Shown here in pieces: positions 18,674-29,284 of a DNA stretch of 64,000 nucleotides (its first letter is position 1; each line of letters opens with the position of its first letter). Position numbers and translations under genes: made by a program. The stretch is from contig JBGAIQ010000001.1 of NCBI GenBank assembly GCA_044225365.1, positions 352,001 to 416,000 on the forward strand. Direction: 5' to 3'. The DNA is from Planctomycetota bacterium. GTDB taxonomy: Bacteria; Planctomycetota; B15-G4; JADJEK01. Under the pieces are notes generated by a model that worked only from the letters and a program-made list of their open reading frames with translations, ran no database searches and was not told the DNA's origin.

Positions 18674-19045
18674 TCAGGGAGTCTCGCCTTCGCCCTCGAT
18701 CAGCTGGCGCTTCTCGGTGATGCGCGCGGCCTTGCCGGTGCGACCACGGAGATAGAACAGCTTCGAGCGGCGGACGCGGCCCTTGCGCTTGACATGGATG
18801 CCCGCAATCTTCGGCGAATGCGCCGGGAAGATGCGTTCGACACCCTCGCTCTGCACGATGCGACGCACCGTGAACATCTTGCGGATTCCCGAACCGCGCA
18901 TCGAGACGACGACGCCCGAGAAGATCTGGATGCGTTCCTTCTCGCCTTCCTGGATCTTCAGCTCGACGTCGACCGAGTCGCCGACCGAGAAGTCCGGGAC
19001 CGAGGGCTTCATGTGTTTCGTTTCGTACTTGCGAATCCGTTCCAT
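18674..19045 (-). CDS. rplS: 50S ribosomal protein L19
   Basis: GDSV...EGEKERIQIFSG, GVERIFP and GRVRRSKLFYLR. Confidence 0.97.
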   Translation of the reverse strand: MERIRKYETKHMKPSVPDFSVGDSVDVELKIQEGEKERIQIFSGVVVSMRGSGIRKMFTVRRIVQSEGVERIFPAHSPKIAGIHVKRKGRVRRSKLFYLRGRTGKAARITEKRQLIEGEGETP

Positions 19046-19128
19046 CGTCGTGTCTCCAGCTCGATGCTCTGCTCGCGTTCATTGGCCGCGCGAGCGTGGC
19101 GTGTTCCTGTCGTTCGTTCGAAATACGG

Positions 19129-19920
19129 CTAGTGCGAATCGCTTCGCGCGGAAGGTCCGGTTCCGCCGGTCGCATCGCGAGGATCCGGGCCCTTGCCCGA
19201 ATCCGCCGCGAGCCGGCGCAGCCGTTCCTGCGTGCGCTCGATCGCTCGTGCTTTGCGCCACGCTTCGATCGCAGCGTGATCACCCGAGAGCAAGACTTCC
19301 GGCACTTCGAGATCCCGAATCACGCGCGGCCGCGTGTACTGCGGGAAGTCGAGGATTTCGCTGCCGCCGTGAAACGATTCGAGAGCGATGGACTCGGGCT
19401 CACCGAGTACACCGGGCAGAAGGCGAGCGATGGCGTCGATCACGACCATCGCGGGCACCTCGCCGCCCGACAGTACGAAGTCCCCGATGGAGATTTCCTC
19501 CCAGTCGAGGAGCTGTCGTACGCGTTCGTCGAATCCTTCGTAGCGGCCGCACAGAAGCACGAGCTCAGGCAGCTTCGCCAGTCGTTCCACGTCCGCTTGG
19601 CGCAGTGGAGCGCCGGAGGGCGTGAGCATGATTCGATGGATCCTGCGTTTGCTGGGATCCGTCGTGCTCGCGTCCGCCCCTGCGCTGGCTGCGTTCTCGA
19701 TCGACTCGACCGCGCGTAGGATGGGGTCCGCCATGAGCAACATGCCGGGCCCTCCTCCGAACGGGCGGTCGTCGACTTTTCGATGCCGATCCGTCGCGAA
19801 CTTCCGGAAGTCGACGAGGTCGATCTCCATTGCGCCCTTCTCCTGCGCGATCCGAACGATGGTCTCGTCGAGGAAACCGTCGAACAGTTGCGGGAAGAGA
19901 GTGAGCACATGTATTCGCAT
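19129..19920 (-). CDS. trmD: tRNA (guanine-37-N1)-methyltransferase
   Basis: LTLFP, VDDRPFGGGPGM, CGRYEGFDER, SIGDFVLSGGE and PQYTRP. Confidence 0.97.
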   Translation of the reverse strand: MRIHVLTLFPQLFDGFLDETIVRIAQEKGAMEIDLVDFRKFATDRHRKVDDRPFGGGPGMLLMADPILRAVESIENAASAGADASTTDPSKRRIHRIMLTPSGAPLRQADVERLAKLPELVLLCGRYEGFDERVRQLLDWEEISIGDFVLSGGEVPAMVVIDAIARLLPGVLGEPESIALESFHGGSEILDFPQYTRPRVIRDLEVPEVLLSGDHAAIEAWRKARAIERTQERLRRLAADSGKGPDPRDATGGTGPSARSDSH

Positions 19921-20109
19921 CGGTCGGCGCCTTCACGCACCACCGTCGCCCAGCAACCGTGATTCATCCGGTCTGGCGAAAGGGGGTTATGCTACCACGG
20001 CGACCGCCCCTTGCAAGCGATGCGGGGACTCCCGAATCGAGATCGGGAATCTTCTGTTTCCGTCGGGGTTCACGGCCGGGCTCCCGGGCTCGAGGAGAGG
20101 TACTGAAAG

Positions 20110-20724
20110 ATGTTCACTGGAATCGTCGAGAGAACCGTTCCGGTCCGCAGTTGCGACGTATCGGAGGCTGGCGCACGCCTGGTGCTCGCGTTCGGCGGGA
20201 TCCCAACGAGTGAACCCAGGATCCGCCTCGGCGACTCGATCGCGGTCGACGGCTGCTGCCTCACGGTCGTCGCTCACGACGCCGGCGGCGCCGGGGACCT
20301 CTCGTTCGATGTCGCTCCGGAGTCGTTGTCGCGCACCACCCTCGGCGGGCTCCGCTCGGGACAGTGGGTGAACGTCGAGCGTTCGCTGCGGCTCGGGGAT
20401 CGGCTCGACGGTCACCTGGTCAGTGGCCACGTGGATGGGGTCGCCGTCGTCCGAACGGTGACCCGGCGCGGGATCGAGCTCGACCTCGACGTCGAGTTGC
20501 CTCCGGCTTTTCGGCGGCACGTGATCGAGAAAGGCTCCATCGCGCTCGCGGGCGTGAGCCTCACGGTCGCCGCGGTCCTGGAGTTCGGTTTTCGGGTGAT
20601 GTTGATCCCGCATACCGCGAGCGTCACCACGCTCGGCGAGGGCGTCGCGGGTACCCGACTCAACTTCGAAGTGGATCCAATCGGCAAGTGGGTCGCGCGT
20701 TGGATGGAACCGTACGCGCGGTGA
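20110..20724 (+). CDS. ribE: Riboflavin synthase (alpha chain)
   Basis: N-terminal MFTGIVE, GDSIAVDGCCLTV, GHLVSGHVD and KGSIA..GVSLTV. Confidence 0.95.
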   Translation: MFTGIVERTVPVRSCDVSEAGARLVLAFGGIPTSEPRIRLGDSIAVDGCCLTVVAHDAGGAGDLSFDVAPESLSRTTLGGLRSGQWVNVERSLRLGDRLDGHLVSGHVDGVAVVRTVTRRGIELDLDVELPPAFRRHVIEKGSIALAGVSLTVAAVLEFGFRVMLIPHTASVTTLGEGVAGTRLNFEVDPIGKWVARWMEPYAR

Positions 20725-20745
20725 GCGGTCGGTGCGGCATTGTGC

Positions 20746-21342
20746 TCAGTGCGAGAGCGTCGGTGAGTGAACCTTGCGAGCGAGCGTCAGGAACTCTTCG
20801 AGGTCGAAGTCGCCGGTCCGCGCACCCCCCGAGAGCAGGAGGGTCGCGTTCTCGTCCTCGCGCGTCGCGACGAAGAACGTGATCTCGGTCTGGCCGCCGA
20901 GCTTCACGCGAGTCACGGTGTACTTCGCGTCGGTTCCGTCGAACAGGTGGATCGATCCGGTCTCCCGCCCGCGCTGCGAGGCGCAGGATTCGATCGTCTG
21001 TCGCGTGGTCGAGAGCAGCGCCTCCATCTCGGAGTTCGTGCCGTAGATCGCGAAGAACTCGCCGTTTCCGGAGTCGCGTCGGAAATACGCGACGTGCGTC
21101 GTCAACGGGCAGATCGGTTCCGAGCAGGTGAGCGCGCCATGCGGCGTGGAGGTCGAGAAGGAGTCGTACACGCTCCAGCCGGGCGGCGCCTTGTAGCTCC
21201 CGCCGTTCGTCGCGAACGGTCGCCACGCCCAATTCGCCGCGGGACTCTCGCGCTCGGTCGATCGCGCGACGCCGATCACCGCGGCCATTCCGAGGACGAG
21301 GATCGTCGCGAGCAGGATCGTGACTCGTATGAGGCCGAGCAT
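20746..21342 (-). CDS. Hypothetical exported/membrane-anchored protein
   Basis: 198-aa ORF with N-terminal hydrophobic segment, co-oriented with the upstream SDR gene; no family recognised. Confidence 0.6.
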   Translation of the reverse strand: MLGLIRVTILLATILVLGMAAVIGVARSTERESPAANWAWRPFATNGGSYKAPPGWSVYDSFSTSTPHGALTCSEPICPLTTHVAYFRRDSGNGEFFAIYGTNSEMEALLSTTRQTIESCASQRGRETGSIHLFDGTDAKYTVTRVKLGGQTEITFFVATREDENATLLLSGGARTGDFDLEEFLTLARKVHSPTLSH

Positions 21343-21416
21343 GGCGTTCTCCGGTTCCCTCCATCGGAAGAACCGGGCGCGGATCTTTTGGGGGCAATTT
21401 CCGAGGTGAGCGACGC

Positions 21417-22325
21417 TCAGGCCGGCGCGCCGAACGCGCGATCGAGCATCTCGGAATAGCTGCGCGGAGCGAATCCGAGCAGAGCGCGGGGTTCGGCGAG
21501 CGAGTAGAGGTGGTCCTCACCGTAGTACGCCAGCGCGGCGCGCATCCCCTGGCCCTTGCCCGCGAGGGCGGCGAAGATCGAAGCGACGACGAGCGGGAAC
21601 CGCGGGATCGAGCGCAGCGGCGCGACGCCCTTCACCCGGCGTCGGACTTCCGTCACGAACTCGCGCCACTCGAGCCCGCCTTCGGGGCCGGCGAGCGGAA
21701 GGATCTTTCCGATCGTGTCCTTGCTCTCCACTGCGGCCACGGCCGCTGCGGCGACGTCGTCGACGTCGACCGGCTGGATCTTCGTTCGGCCGCCGCCGAC
21801 GAGCGGAAACGCCTTGGTTCCCCGCAGGCGTTCGACGAGGTGCTTCAGGTCGTTGCTCTCGCCGTACGGACCGACGACGAGCGTCGGACGCAGCAGGGTG
21901 AGATCGATCCCGTAGCTGCGCAGCGCGGCTTCCTGTCCGATCTTTGCCCGGCGATACGGCGTATCGCCGGCTTCGTCGACCGCCGCCGAGGTGAGCGCCA
22001 CGAGGCGGAACAGCTTCTGCTGCCGGCGCGCCGAGCCGGCGAGATGGCGCGAGGCCTGCACGTTGAGTTCGTGCATCTCCTTCTCGCTCGCCCACGGCCC
22101 GATGCCCGCAGCATGGATCCCCGCATCGCAATCCTGGATCGCCGGAAGGATCGCGTCGAGCACCATGAGATCGAGCTGTCGGACCTCGACGCCGGGAGCG
22201 GGACCCTTCGTGCCGAACTTCGCGGGATCGCGCGTCAGCGCGACGGCGGAGTGTCCCTTCCGGACGAGATGATCGACGATGCGGCGTCCGATGAAACCGC
22301 TGGCGCCCGTGACATAGACCTTCAT
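21417..22325 (-). CDS. NAD-dependent epimerase/dehydratase (atypical SDR)
   Basis: VTGASGFIG Rossmann motif, YRRAK, LRPTLVVG and QPVDVDDVA. Confidence 0.88.
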   Translation of the reverse strand: MKVYVTGASGFIGRRIVDHLVRKGHSAVALTRDPAKFGTKGPAPGVEVRQLDLMVLDAILPAIQDCDAGIHAAGIGPWASEKEMHELNVQASRHLAGSARRQQKLFRLVALTSAAVDEAGDTPYRRAKIGQEAALRSYGIDLTLLRPTLVVGPYGESNDLKHLVERLRGTKAFPLVGGGRTKIQPVDVDDVAAAAVAAVESKDTIGKILPLAGPEGGLEWREFVTEVRRRVKGVAPLRSIPRFPLVVASIFAALAGKGQGMRAALAYYGEDHLYSLAEPRALLGFAPRSYSEMLDRAFGAPA

Positions 22326-22429
22326 CGTGGAGGACCTTCTCGCGCCGCGCCCTTGGGACCGCCCGGTACAGCCGGTTCGGCGCAGCGCCGCGTGTGGATT
22401 CTGCGATCTCTACGTTGACGCGAAGCCCA

Positions 22430-24973
22430 TCACTTCGCGTTCCGCAGGCTCTCGATATAGCTCGTGCGCGCCTGACCGTAGCGTCCGGTTCTACGAATGT
22501 CTGCGACGAACGTGGCGGCGAGCGCTTTCAAGCGTCGTTGTCTCGTCGCGATCTCGTCGACGACGGCGAGCGGGAGCCCAGAAACGAGCGGCGGCACGTC
22601 GGGCGTGGCGGCGAGCCAATCGTAGACGTCGAGCGGGTAGGTGCCGAACGACACGAGAGGGGCGTGGAACTCGATCCAGGGATGCTCGTCCGTGTTCAGC
22701 GCGTCGGCCCGTCGTTCGAATTCCGCGAGACTCGCATCGGTCACGAAGCAGCATGCGACGAGATCCTTCGCGTCGCGCACGCCGACGCTCTCCAGCATCT
22801 TCTTCAACGTCGGATCGGCCGCGATGCGGGCTTCGATCGCCACGGGATCGAGTTCGATCGGAGCATCGGAACCGAGCAGCACCATGTCGTAGCCCGTGAC
22901 CCAGGCGGTGACGTGGGGGAAGACCGAGCGGAAGGTCTTCACGATGCCCGCGATGTCGGAGAGCGCGAGATCGTAGAGCGGGATCCACTGCGACATCATT
23001 CCCGCGGGGCGCAGGTGGTCGCGACCGAGTCGGTAGTACTCCTGGGTGTAGAGGTAGGCCGAACCGGAGACGCAGGGATCGATCGGATCCGCGGAGATGA
23101 CGTCGAACGTGCGCCCGCATCGCGTGAGATAGCTACGTCCGTCATCGCGCAGGATCGTGACGTCAGGGCGTTCGTGGAGCTGCGCGTTGAACGAGGCGAA
23201 CTCGCGGGCGGCGTCGATCACCGCGTCGCTGATCTCGACGACCGTTAGTTCGCCGCCGGCGACCGCGAGTGCGCCCGAGGTCATGCCGGTTCCGAGCCCG
23301 ATGCACAGCAGGTCCTGCGGGTCGCGATGAGTGAGCGTCGAGACGAATCCGAGCAGGAGCTGTAGTCGGCGATCGATGAAGATGGAGGTGGCCACCGCTT
23401 TGCCGCTCACCATGAGCGAGAGGATCGGCAACTCTTCGGCCTCGTCGTCGACCTCGTAGACCTTCGCGGCGGAGGCGGTGGCTTCGCGATAGAACACGGG
23501 GCGCAAGCCCTCCGCGGCGCCCGGATCCACACCGGGTTTCAGGAGGGCGCTACCGGGCAGGACGAAGAGGGCGGCGACGGCGGCGACGAGCCGGCCGCGC
23601 GGCGGTTCCTTCGCGCGCTGGGATGAGCGGAACAGGATGGCGCCCGCGAGCGCGCAGACGCCGACGAGCAGGAAGAGCGACGTGCGCAGGCCCAACATCG
23701 GCAGCAGCACGAAAGCCGCGGCGAGCGATCCCGCGATCGACCCGATCGTGTTCCACAGATAAAGGCGCCCGAGCGAGCCGCTGAGGTGGCGTCCCTGGCG
23801 ACAGACGACACGAATCGCGGCGGGCAGGAACGCTCCCGAGAGCGCGGTCGCGAGGAAGAGGCCGAGGAACGACAGCTTGAACGTGACCTTCAGGTACCGC
23901 AGGGGCGTGAAGACGTCGAGATGTTCACCCGGTTCGAGCAGTTCGATGTTCTTCCCGCCGGCGAGGACGTCGCCGCCGCCGATCTTCCATTCGATGAGCG
24001 CGATGCCGAATCCGATCGCGCCGCCGAAGGCGAGTGCGAGGCAGGCGAGGACGGCCCGGGGGGCCCGCGAGCGTTCCGCGAGCTCGCCGCCGAAAGCGCC
24101 GCCGATCGCGATGCCGAGCAAGAAGACGGCGAGCACGGCGCCGAAGACGTAGACGGTTCCGCCGAGCAGGGAGATGAGGATGCGGTTCGCGAGCACTTGC
24201 AACGCGATCGCGGTGAAGCCGATCGCACCGACCGCGAACGCGATGTCGACGAGGTACGGCGACTCCTCGCCGTTGCGCTTCGCGGGCTTCGTCTCGTCGG
24301 GAAGTTCCATCGGCGCGTCGAACGCGGGATTCGACGCGAGGAGGAACGCCGCGATCGCGATGGCGATATTGAGTCCCGCCGCCAGATGCGTGGCGCCGAG
24401 CAGCCCGAGCCGCGGAAGAGCGAAGTAGGAGGCGAGGAGCGCGCCGCCGCAAGCGCCGAGCGTGTTCACGCCGTAGAGCCAGCCGACGCGAGTCGCGATT
24501 CCGGTGGCCTCCTCGGCCGCCTCGCCCTCCCTTCCGCCCTTGGCGATTGCGCGACCGAGCACTGGGAACGTCGCTCCCATCAGGAACGTCGGGATCGCGA
24601 GCACGAGGAACGAGCCTACGAGTGCGAGCAGCGGAAAGCTCGCGGAGCCCACGGTGGGCAGCGCGCCGCTCTGCGCGAGATGACGCAAACCCCTGAAAAG
24701 AAATGGCGACGCATAGCCGAAAAGAGCGATGAGCGCCTCGAGGGCGGCATAGGCCTTGAGCGGTGGATGGCGTCCGAGGGCAGGCCCGAGGAAGCGCGCG
24801 CCGGCGCCGAGGCCGAGCAGGAACGACCCGACGACGGCAGCGATCGCATGGACCGCGACACCGAAGACGAGTCCGAGGCTGCGAAAGAACACGACTTCGT
24901 AGACGAGCGCCGCCGCTCCCGAGACGAAGGCGAGCAGGAGCAGGAGAGACGTGCAGAACCGATTCATCGCCAT
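22430..24973 (-). CDS. Fused membrane (MFS-like)/spermidine synthase-like SAM-binding protein
   Basis: SGAAALVYEVV, PTFLMGATFP, LYGVNTLGA, IGLGTGMT, VVEI, DDGRSY and FDVISADP. Start taken as MAMNRF (24973) or MNRF (24967), not the 1413-aa ORF start. Confidence 0.87.
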   Translation of the reverse strand: MAMNRFCTSLLLLLAFVSGAAALVYEVVFFRSLGLVFGVAVHAIAAVVGSFLLGLGAGARFLGPALGRHPPLKAYAALEALIALFGYASPFLFRGLRHLAQSGALPTVGSASFPLLALVGSFLVLAIPTFLMGATFPVLGRAIAKGGREGEAAEEATGIATRVGWLYGVNTLGACGGALLASYFALPRLGLLGATHLAAGLNIAIAIAAFLLASNPAFDAPMELPDETKPAKRNGEESPYLVDIAFAVGAIGFTAIALQVLANRILISLLGGTVYVFGAVLAVFLLGIAIGGAFGGELAERSRAPRAVLACLALAFGGAIGFGIALIEWKIGGGDVLAGGKNIELLEPGEHLDVFTPLRYLKVTFKLSFLGLFLATALSGAFLPAAIRVVCRQGRHLSGSLGRLYLWNTIGSIAGSLAAAFVLLPMLGLRTSLFLLVGVCALAGAILFRSSQRAKEPPRGRLVAAVAALFVLPGSALLKPGVDPGAAEGLRPVFYREATASAAKVYEVDDEAEELPILSLMVSGKAVATSIFIDRRLQLLLGFVSTLTHRDPQDLLCIGLGTGMTSGALAVAGGELTVVEISDAVIDAAREFASFNAQLHERPDVTILRDDGRSYLTRCGRTFDVISADPIDPCVSGSAYLYTQEYYRLGRDHLRPAGMMSQWIPLYDLALSDIAGIVKTFRSVFPHVTAWVTGYDMVLLGSDAPIELDPVAIEARIAADPTLKKMLESVGVRDAKDLVACCFVTDASLAEFERRADALNTDEHPWIEFHAPLVSFGTYPLDVYDWLAATPDVPPLVSGLPLAVVDEIATRQRRLKALAATFVADIRRTGRYGQARTSYIESLRNAK

Positions 24974-25210
24974 CGCAATCGGAGTGAGGGCCGTTCGTCC
25001 ACGCGAAGGCCGTCGCGCGACGGCCTTCGTCTCACCTGTTCGCGGGACGTGCGGGGCGTGCGCTCGGCCAGGGGAGGAAGCGAGGGAGCATAACAGCCCG
25101 TTGCAGAACTCGGCCGGCATTCGCGGAGCTGCGAGGTGCGGGGCGAATTCGACCGTGTTCCGTGAGCGAGCCGGTAGAGTCGGGGACCACGAACGAACGT
25201 GTGCCGTCCG

Positions 25211-26782
25211 ATGACCACCGCCACCGCGAGACAAGACGAGGACCTGGCCAAGAGTCCGCCGAAGGAGAGCGTCCAGCCGGTCGAACCCGCGCTCGTGCGC
25301 TGGCTCCGCCATTCGTTCGGCGCGATCGCAACGGGGACGCAGGTGGCGATCGACGTCGCCGCGATCCTCTCCGCGTGCGCGACGGCGTACGTGCTCTGGT
25401 CGCGCGTCCAGCCTCTGCGCCATCTCGTCCCGTTCTCCGAGTACGGGCCGCTGTTCGCGATCGTCGTGATCGTCGAGATCGCGCTCTTTTTCTGGCTCGG
25501 CATGTATCGCATGCAGAAGAGCATCCTCAACATCGAGGACTTCCGCGGCGCCTTGAAGGCCGTGATCTTCGGCTTCCTCATCGTGAGCTTCTTGCACTTC
25601 TCGTTGCAGGAGTCGGTCATCTATCCGCGCGCGACCGAGAGCGAATCGGGGCTCTATCGTCTCGTCGCGCAGGCCCATCACGCGATCGCCTTCCTGCCGG
25701 TCAACACGTACTCGCGGTACGTAATGGCGCTCGCGTTCCTGTTCGTCTTCTTCTTCGTCGCGATCGAGCGCTGGATCTGCTTCAAGGCGGTGCAGTACCT
25801 GCATCTGCGAGGGATCGGCACGAGCAACCTCCTGATCCTCGGCGCCGGCCCGCTCGGCCGCGCCCTTCAGAAGCGGCTCTTCATCTCGCCGCGGCTCGGC
25901 TACAACCTTGTCGGTTTCCTCGACGAGGATCCTTCGCGCGTCGGCCAGAGGATGATGAAGTCGCGCGTGCTCGGCACTTTTCACGACTTCGATCGGATCG
26001 TCACGGCCTACAAGGTCGGGATGGTGCTGATGGCGGATTCGGATTCCGGCTACGCGGATCCGCGACGGCGCGAGGCCGCCGAGCGCTGCCAACGCATGGG
26101 GATCGAGATCGCGTTCGTTCCGCCCCTCGTCGTCTCGCCGAATCTGCCGCCGTTGAAGTTGTCGCGGCTCGATACACAGCCGCTCCTCATGTTCGCGCGG
26201 GCGCGGTCCCGGCCGCTCTACAACTTCTATCAGCGAGCCTTCGATCTCGGCGTCGCCTCCCTGGCGATCCTGATCTTCTTGCCCTTCTTCCTGTTCTTCC
26301 CGTTCCTCATCAAGATGACCTCGAAGGGTCCCGCGTTCTTCCGGCAGACGCGGATCGGGAAGAACGGACGATCGTTCGAGATGCTGAAGTTCCGCACGAT
26401 GCACGTCGACGCGCCCAAGTACTCGGTGAGCCCGCGCACGAGCGACGACCCGCGGCTCACGCGCGTCGGTCGTTTCCTCCGTCGCACATCGGTCGACGAA
26501 CTGCCGCAGCTCATCAATGTTCTGCGCGGCGAGATGAGCATCGTCGGGCCGCGACCCGAGATGCCGTTCATCGTCGAGCACTACGACTCGCTGGTACGCC
26601 AGCGATTGAACGTGAAGCCGGGCATGACGGGCTTGTGGCAGATCTCGCACGCGCGCGAGGAGGACATCCACGAGAACGTGGACTTCGATCTCTACTACGT
26701 CGAGAACGCCTCGATCACGATGGATCTCGTCATCGTCATCCTCACGGTGTTCTCCGTGATCCGCGGAGTGGGCGCGTACTGA
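25211..26782 (+). CDS. Priming polyprenyl-phosphate glycosylphosphotransferase (WcaJ/WbaP-like sugar transferase)
   Basis: N-terminal TMs, ILGAG, KFRTM, DDPRLTRVGRFLRRTSVDELPQLINVLRGEMSIVGPRP and KPGMTGLWQ. Confidence 0.93.
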   Translation: MTTATARQDEDLAKSPPKESVQPVEPALVRWLRHSFGAIATGTQVAIDVAAILSACATAYVLWSRVQPLRHLVPFSEYGPLFAIVVIVEIALFFWLGMYRMQKSILNIEDFRGALKAVIFGFLIVSFLHFSLQESVIYPRATESESGLYRLVAQAHHAIAFLPVNTYSRYVMALAFLFVFFFVAIERWICFKAVQYLHLRGIGTSNLLILGAGPLGRALQKRLFISPRLGYNLVGFLDEDPSRVGQRMMKSRVLGTFHDFDRIVTAYKVGMVLMADSDSGYADPRRREAAERCQRMGIEIAFVPPLVVSPNLPPLKLSRLDTQPLLMFARARSRPLYNFYQRAFDLGVASLAILIFLPFFLFFPFLIKMTSKGPAFFRQTRIGKNGRSFEMLKFRTMHVDAPKYSVSPRTSDDPRLTRVGRFLRRTSVDELPQLINVLRGEMSIVGPRPEMPFIVEHYDSLVRQRLNVKPGMTGLWQISHAREEDIHENVDFDLYYVENASITMDLVIVILTVFSVIRGVGAY

Positions 26783-27969
26783 TGACGGGCGAACGGCCGA
26801 TCCGCGTCGCGGAGGTGATGGAATGCACGATCGGCGGGACGCGCCGCCACATCGGCGAGTTGACGACGGGGCTCGCGCGCCGCGGCTTCGACGTCACGTT
26901 GTTCGCCTCGGCCGAGCGTGACAAGACGTTCCAGGACGATCTCGAGCGCATCGCGGCAGCGGGCGTGAAGGTGACGACACTGCCGATGAGACGCGAGATC
27001 TCGCCACTTCGCGACGCGTGGCATCAGCTCCGCTTGATCGCAGCGTTCCTTCGCGGCGGTTTCGACGTCGTCCATACGCACTCGAGCAAGGCCGGTGCAC
27101 TCGGGCGGGTTGCCGCGCGGATCGCGGCGCGCCGCGCCGCCATCGTCCACACCCCGCATACCTTCGCGTTCAACTTCGCGGAACAGTTCAGTGCGCGGAA
27201 GCGCAAGATGTTCCTCGGGGTCGAGCGATTCCTCGGGCGCGTGACGGATCGCATGATCCACGTGTCGCGGAGCGAGCGGCTGGAGGGGATCGGCCTCGGC
27301 ATCATCGCCGAGGAACGGGCGATCGTGGTCGAGAATGGCGTCGATCCGCGGCCCTACGAAGAAGCGGCGCTCCACCGCGCTGTCGTGCGGAAGGAACTGT
27401 CGATCGCCGAGGACGCGCTGCTCGTCGGTGCGGTCGGATTGCTCAACGAGGCGAAGGGTCACGACTATCTGGTCGCCGCAATGGAGCGGGTGCGAGCCGT
27501 ACTGCCGCACGCGCAATGCGTCATCGTGGGCGAGGGCGCGCTGCGTCCTTCGCTCGAGGACAAGATCGCCCGCATGTCGCCGCCGGGCGGCGTGCGGCTC
27601 CTCGGCTATCGGCGCGACGTTCCGCGTGTCCTCGCCGCGCTCGACGTCTTCGCGATGCCATCGCTCTGGGAAGGAATGCCGTACGGCGTCCTCGAAGCGA
27701 TGGCGAGCGGATTGCCGGTGATCGCGAGCGATGTCAACGGCTGTCGGGATCTCGTCGCGGACGAAGTCACGGGACTCTTGATCCCGGCGCGCGATTCCAT
27801 GGCGCTCGCGAACGGGCTCCTGCGACTGCTCCGCGATGAACCCCTTCGTGCGCGGCTCGGCGCTGCCGGTAGGAAACTCGTGGCGACGCGCTACTCTCTC
27901 GAGACGATGATCGATCACTACGCCGAACTCTTCCGCTCGCTCTGCCGCCGCACGGGGACGACCTCGTGA
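26782..27969 (+). CDS. Glycosyltransferase family 4
   Basis: DVVHTHSSKAG, ENGVD, KGH and PSLWEGMPYGVLEAMASG (EX7E); TGATG coupling to the upstream gene. Confidence 0.92.
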   Translation: MTGERPIRVAEVMECTIGGTRRHIGELTTGLARRGFDVTLFASAERDKTFQDDLERIAAAGVKVTTLPMRREISPLRDAWHQLRLIAAFLRGGFDVVHTHSSKAGALGRVAARIAARRAAIVHTPHTFAFNFAEQFSARKRKMFLGVERFLGRVTDRMIHVSRSERLEGIGLGIIAEERAIVVENGVDPRPYEEAALHRAVVRKELSIAEDALLVGAVGLLNEAKGHDYLVAAMERVRAVLPHAQCVIVGEGALRPSLEDKIARMSPPGGVRLLGYRRDVPRVLAALDVFAMPSLWEGMPYGVLEAMASGLPVIASDVNGCRDLVADEVTGLLIPARDSMALANGLLRLLRDEPLRARLGAAGRKLVATRYSLETMIDHYAELFRSLCRRTGTTS

Positions 27970-29096
27970 TGGCGCTGCCGAACACCGCTCCAAGGCGCAT
28001 CCTCTACATCATCACCACGCTCGATGTCGGCGGCGCCGAGAAGCATCTGCTGTGGCTCGCACAGGGAATGATCGAGCGCGGCGCGCGATGCGACGTGCTG
28101 TATCTCAAGGGCGAAGGACGGCTCGTTCCGAGATTCAAGGAGTTGGGCTGTGAGGTCGCGAAGGTCGAGTTCGAGCGGCCGACGCAGGCCTTCTCGGCGG
28201 TGCTCGCGCTCGCGTCGCGCATGAAGCGCGGCGACTACGACGTCGTCCACTCGCACCTCTTGAAGGCCGATGCGCTCACCGCGCTCGCGGCGCGACTCTT
28301 CCGTCCGAAGCGCCTCATCGCCTCGAAGCACAACGAGGAGCAGGTGCTGAAGAAACGGCCCGTCGCGATCGTGCATCGCGTCCTGACGCGCGTCGTCGAT
28401 CGGGTCATTGCGCTCTCCGACTACGTCGCGCGCTACGTGGCGACGACCGGTCGGATCGACGAATCGAAGATCACGCGCGTGTACTACGGCATCGATCCGA
28501 AGCGATTCGCGAATGGGGACCGCGTGCGAGCCCGGGCGGCGCTCGGGCTCTCCGACGCCGTCCACGTCGGTCTCTGCGTCGCGCGTTTCCATCCTCAGAA
28601 GGACCACGCCACGCTGTTCCGCGCCGTCGATCGGCTGCGCAAGGCGAATCGAAACGTCGTTCTGCTGCTCGCCGGCGGCGACCCGTTCTACGGCTTCAAG
28701 GAACAGCTCGAGAAGCTGTGCGAGTCGATGGGTCTCACTCAGCACGTGCGGTTCCTCGGGATCCGCGACGACGTCCCCGAGCTGCTCGCGGCCTGCGATG
28801 TCTTCGTCCTGCCTTCGATCTACGAGGGACTCGGATTGGTGTACCTCGAGGCGATGGCGGCGTCGCGGCCCGTGCTCGCGACGAACGGGACGGCGATCCC
28901 CGAAGTCGTCGTCTCCGGCGAGACGGGCGAATTGATCACGATCGGCGACGACGCCGCGCTCGCGACGGCGTGGGAGAAGCTCGTCCTCGATCGGTCGCTC
29001 GGCGAACGCTACGGAAAGGCCGGAAGCCAACGGGTGGATCGCATGTTCACCTTGCCGCGCATGATCGACGAGACGCTCGCCGTCTACCGCGGCTGA
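27966..29096 (+). CDS. Glycosyltransferase family 4
   Basis: GGAEKH, DVVHSHL, QKDH and PSIYEGLGLVYLEAMA. Confidence 0.92.
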   Translation: MMALPNTAPRRILYIITTLDVGGAEKHLLWLAQGMIERGARCDVLYLKGEGRLVPRFKELGCEVAKVEFERPTQAFSAVLALASRMKRGDYDVVHSHLLKADALTALAARLFRPKRLIASKHNEEQVLKKRPVAIVHRVLTRVVDRVIALSDYVARYVATTGRIDESKITRVYYGIDPKRFANGDRVRARAALGLSDAVHVGLCVARFHPQKDHATLFRAVDRLRKANRNVVLLLAGGDPFYGFKEQLEKLCESMGLTQHVRFLGIRDDVPELLAACDVFVLPSIYEGLGLVYLEAMAASRPVLATNGTAIPEVVVSGETGELITIGDDAALATAWEKLVLDRSLGERYGKAGSQRVDRMFTLPRMIDETLAVYRG

Positions 29097-29284
29097 GCGA
29101 CCATGCCTTCGAGTGCGGACGGGCCGGTGTGCCGATTCGGCGCAGCACGAGTTCGAAAATGCCGGCCTGGGCGCGGCACGTCCTATGCTCGCGGGGGAAC
29201 TGCTCGAGTGCCGATCCTCGATTCGACGAGGACTCGATCCCGCGCTCGGCGTCGCCATCCGAATTGGAGATACCAAGGAACACC

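Noticed and set aside
19921-20109. FMN riboswitch upstream of riboflavin synthase
   Set aside because: No RFN consensus blocks recognisable.
22430-26671. 1413-aa minus-strand ORF as a giant fusion protein
   Set aside because: The N-terminal ~565 aa are the antisense shadow of the sugar transferase gene; recognisable protein starts at about 24973.
25162-26781. N-terminal extension of the 935-aa ORF
   Set aside because: It is an off-frame overlap of the sugar transferase; the GT4 begins at ATG 26782.
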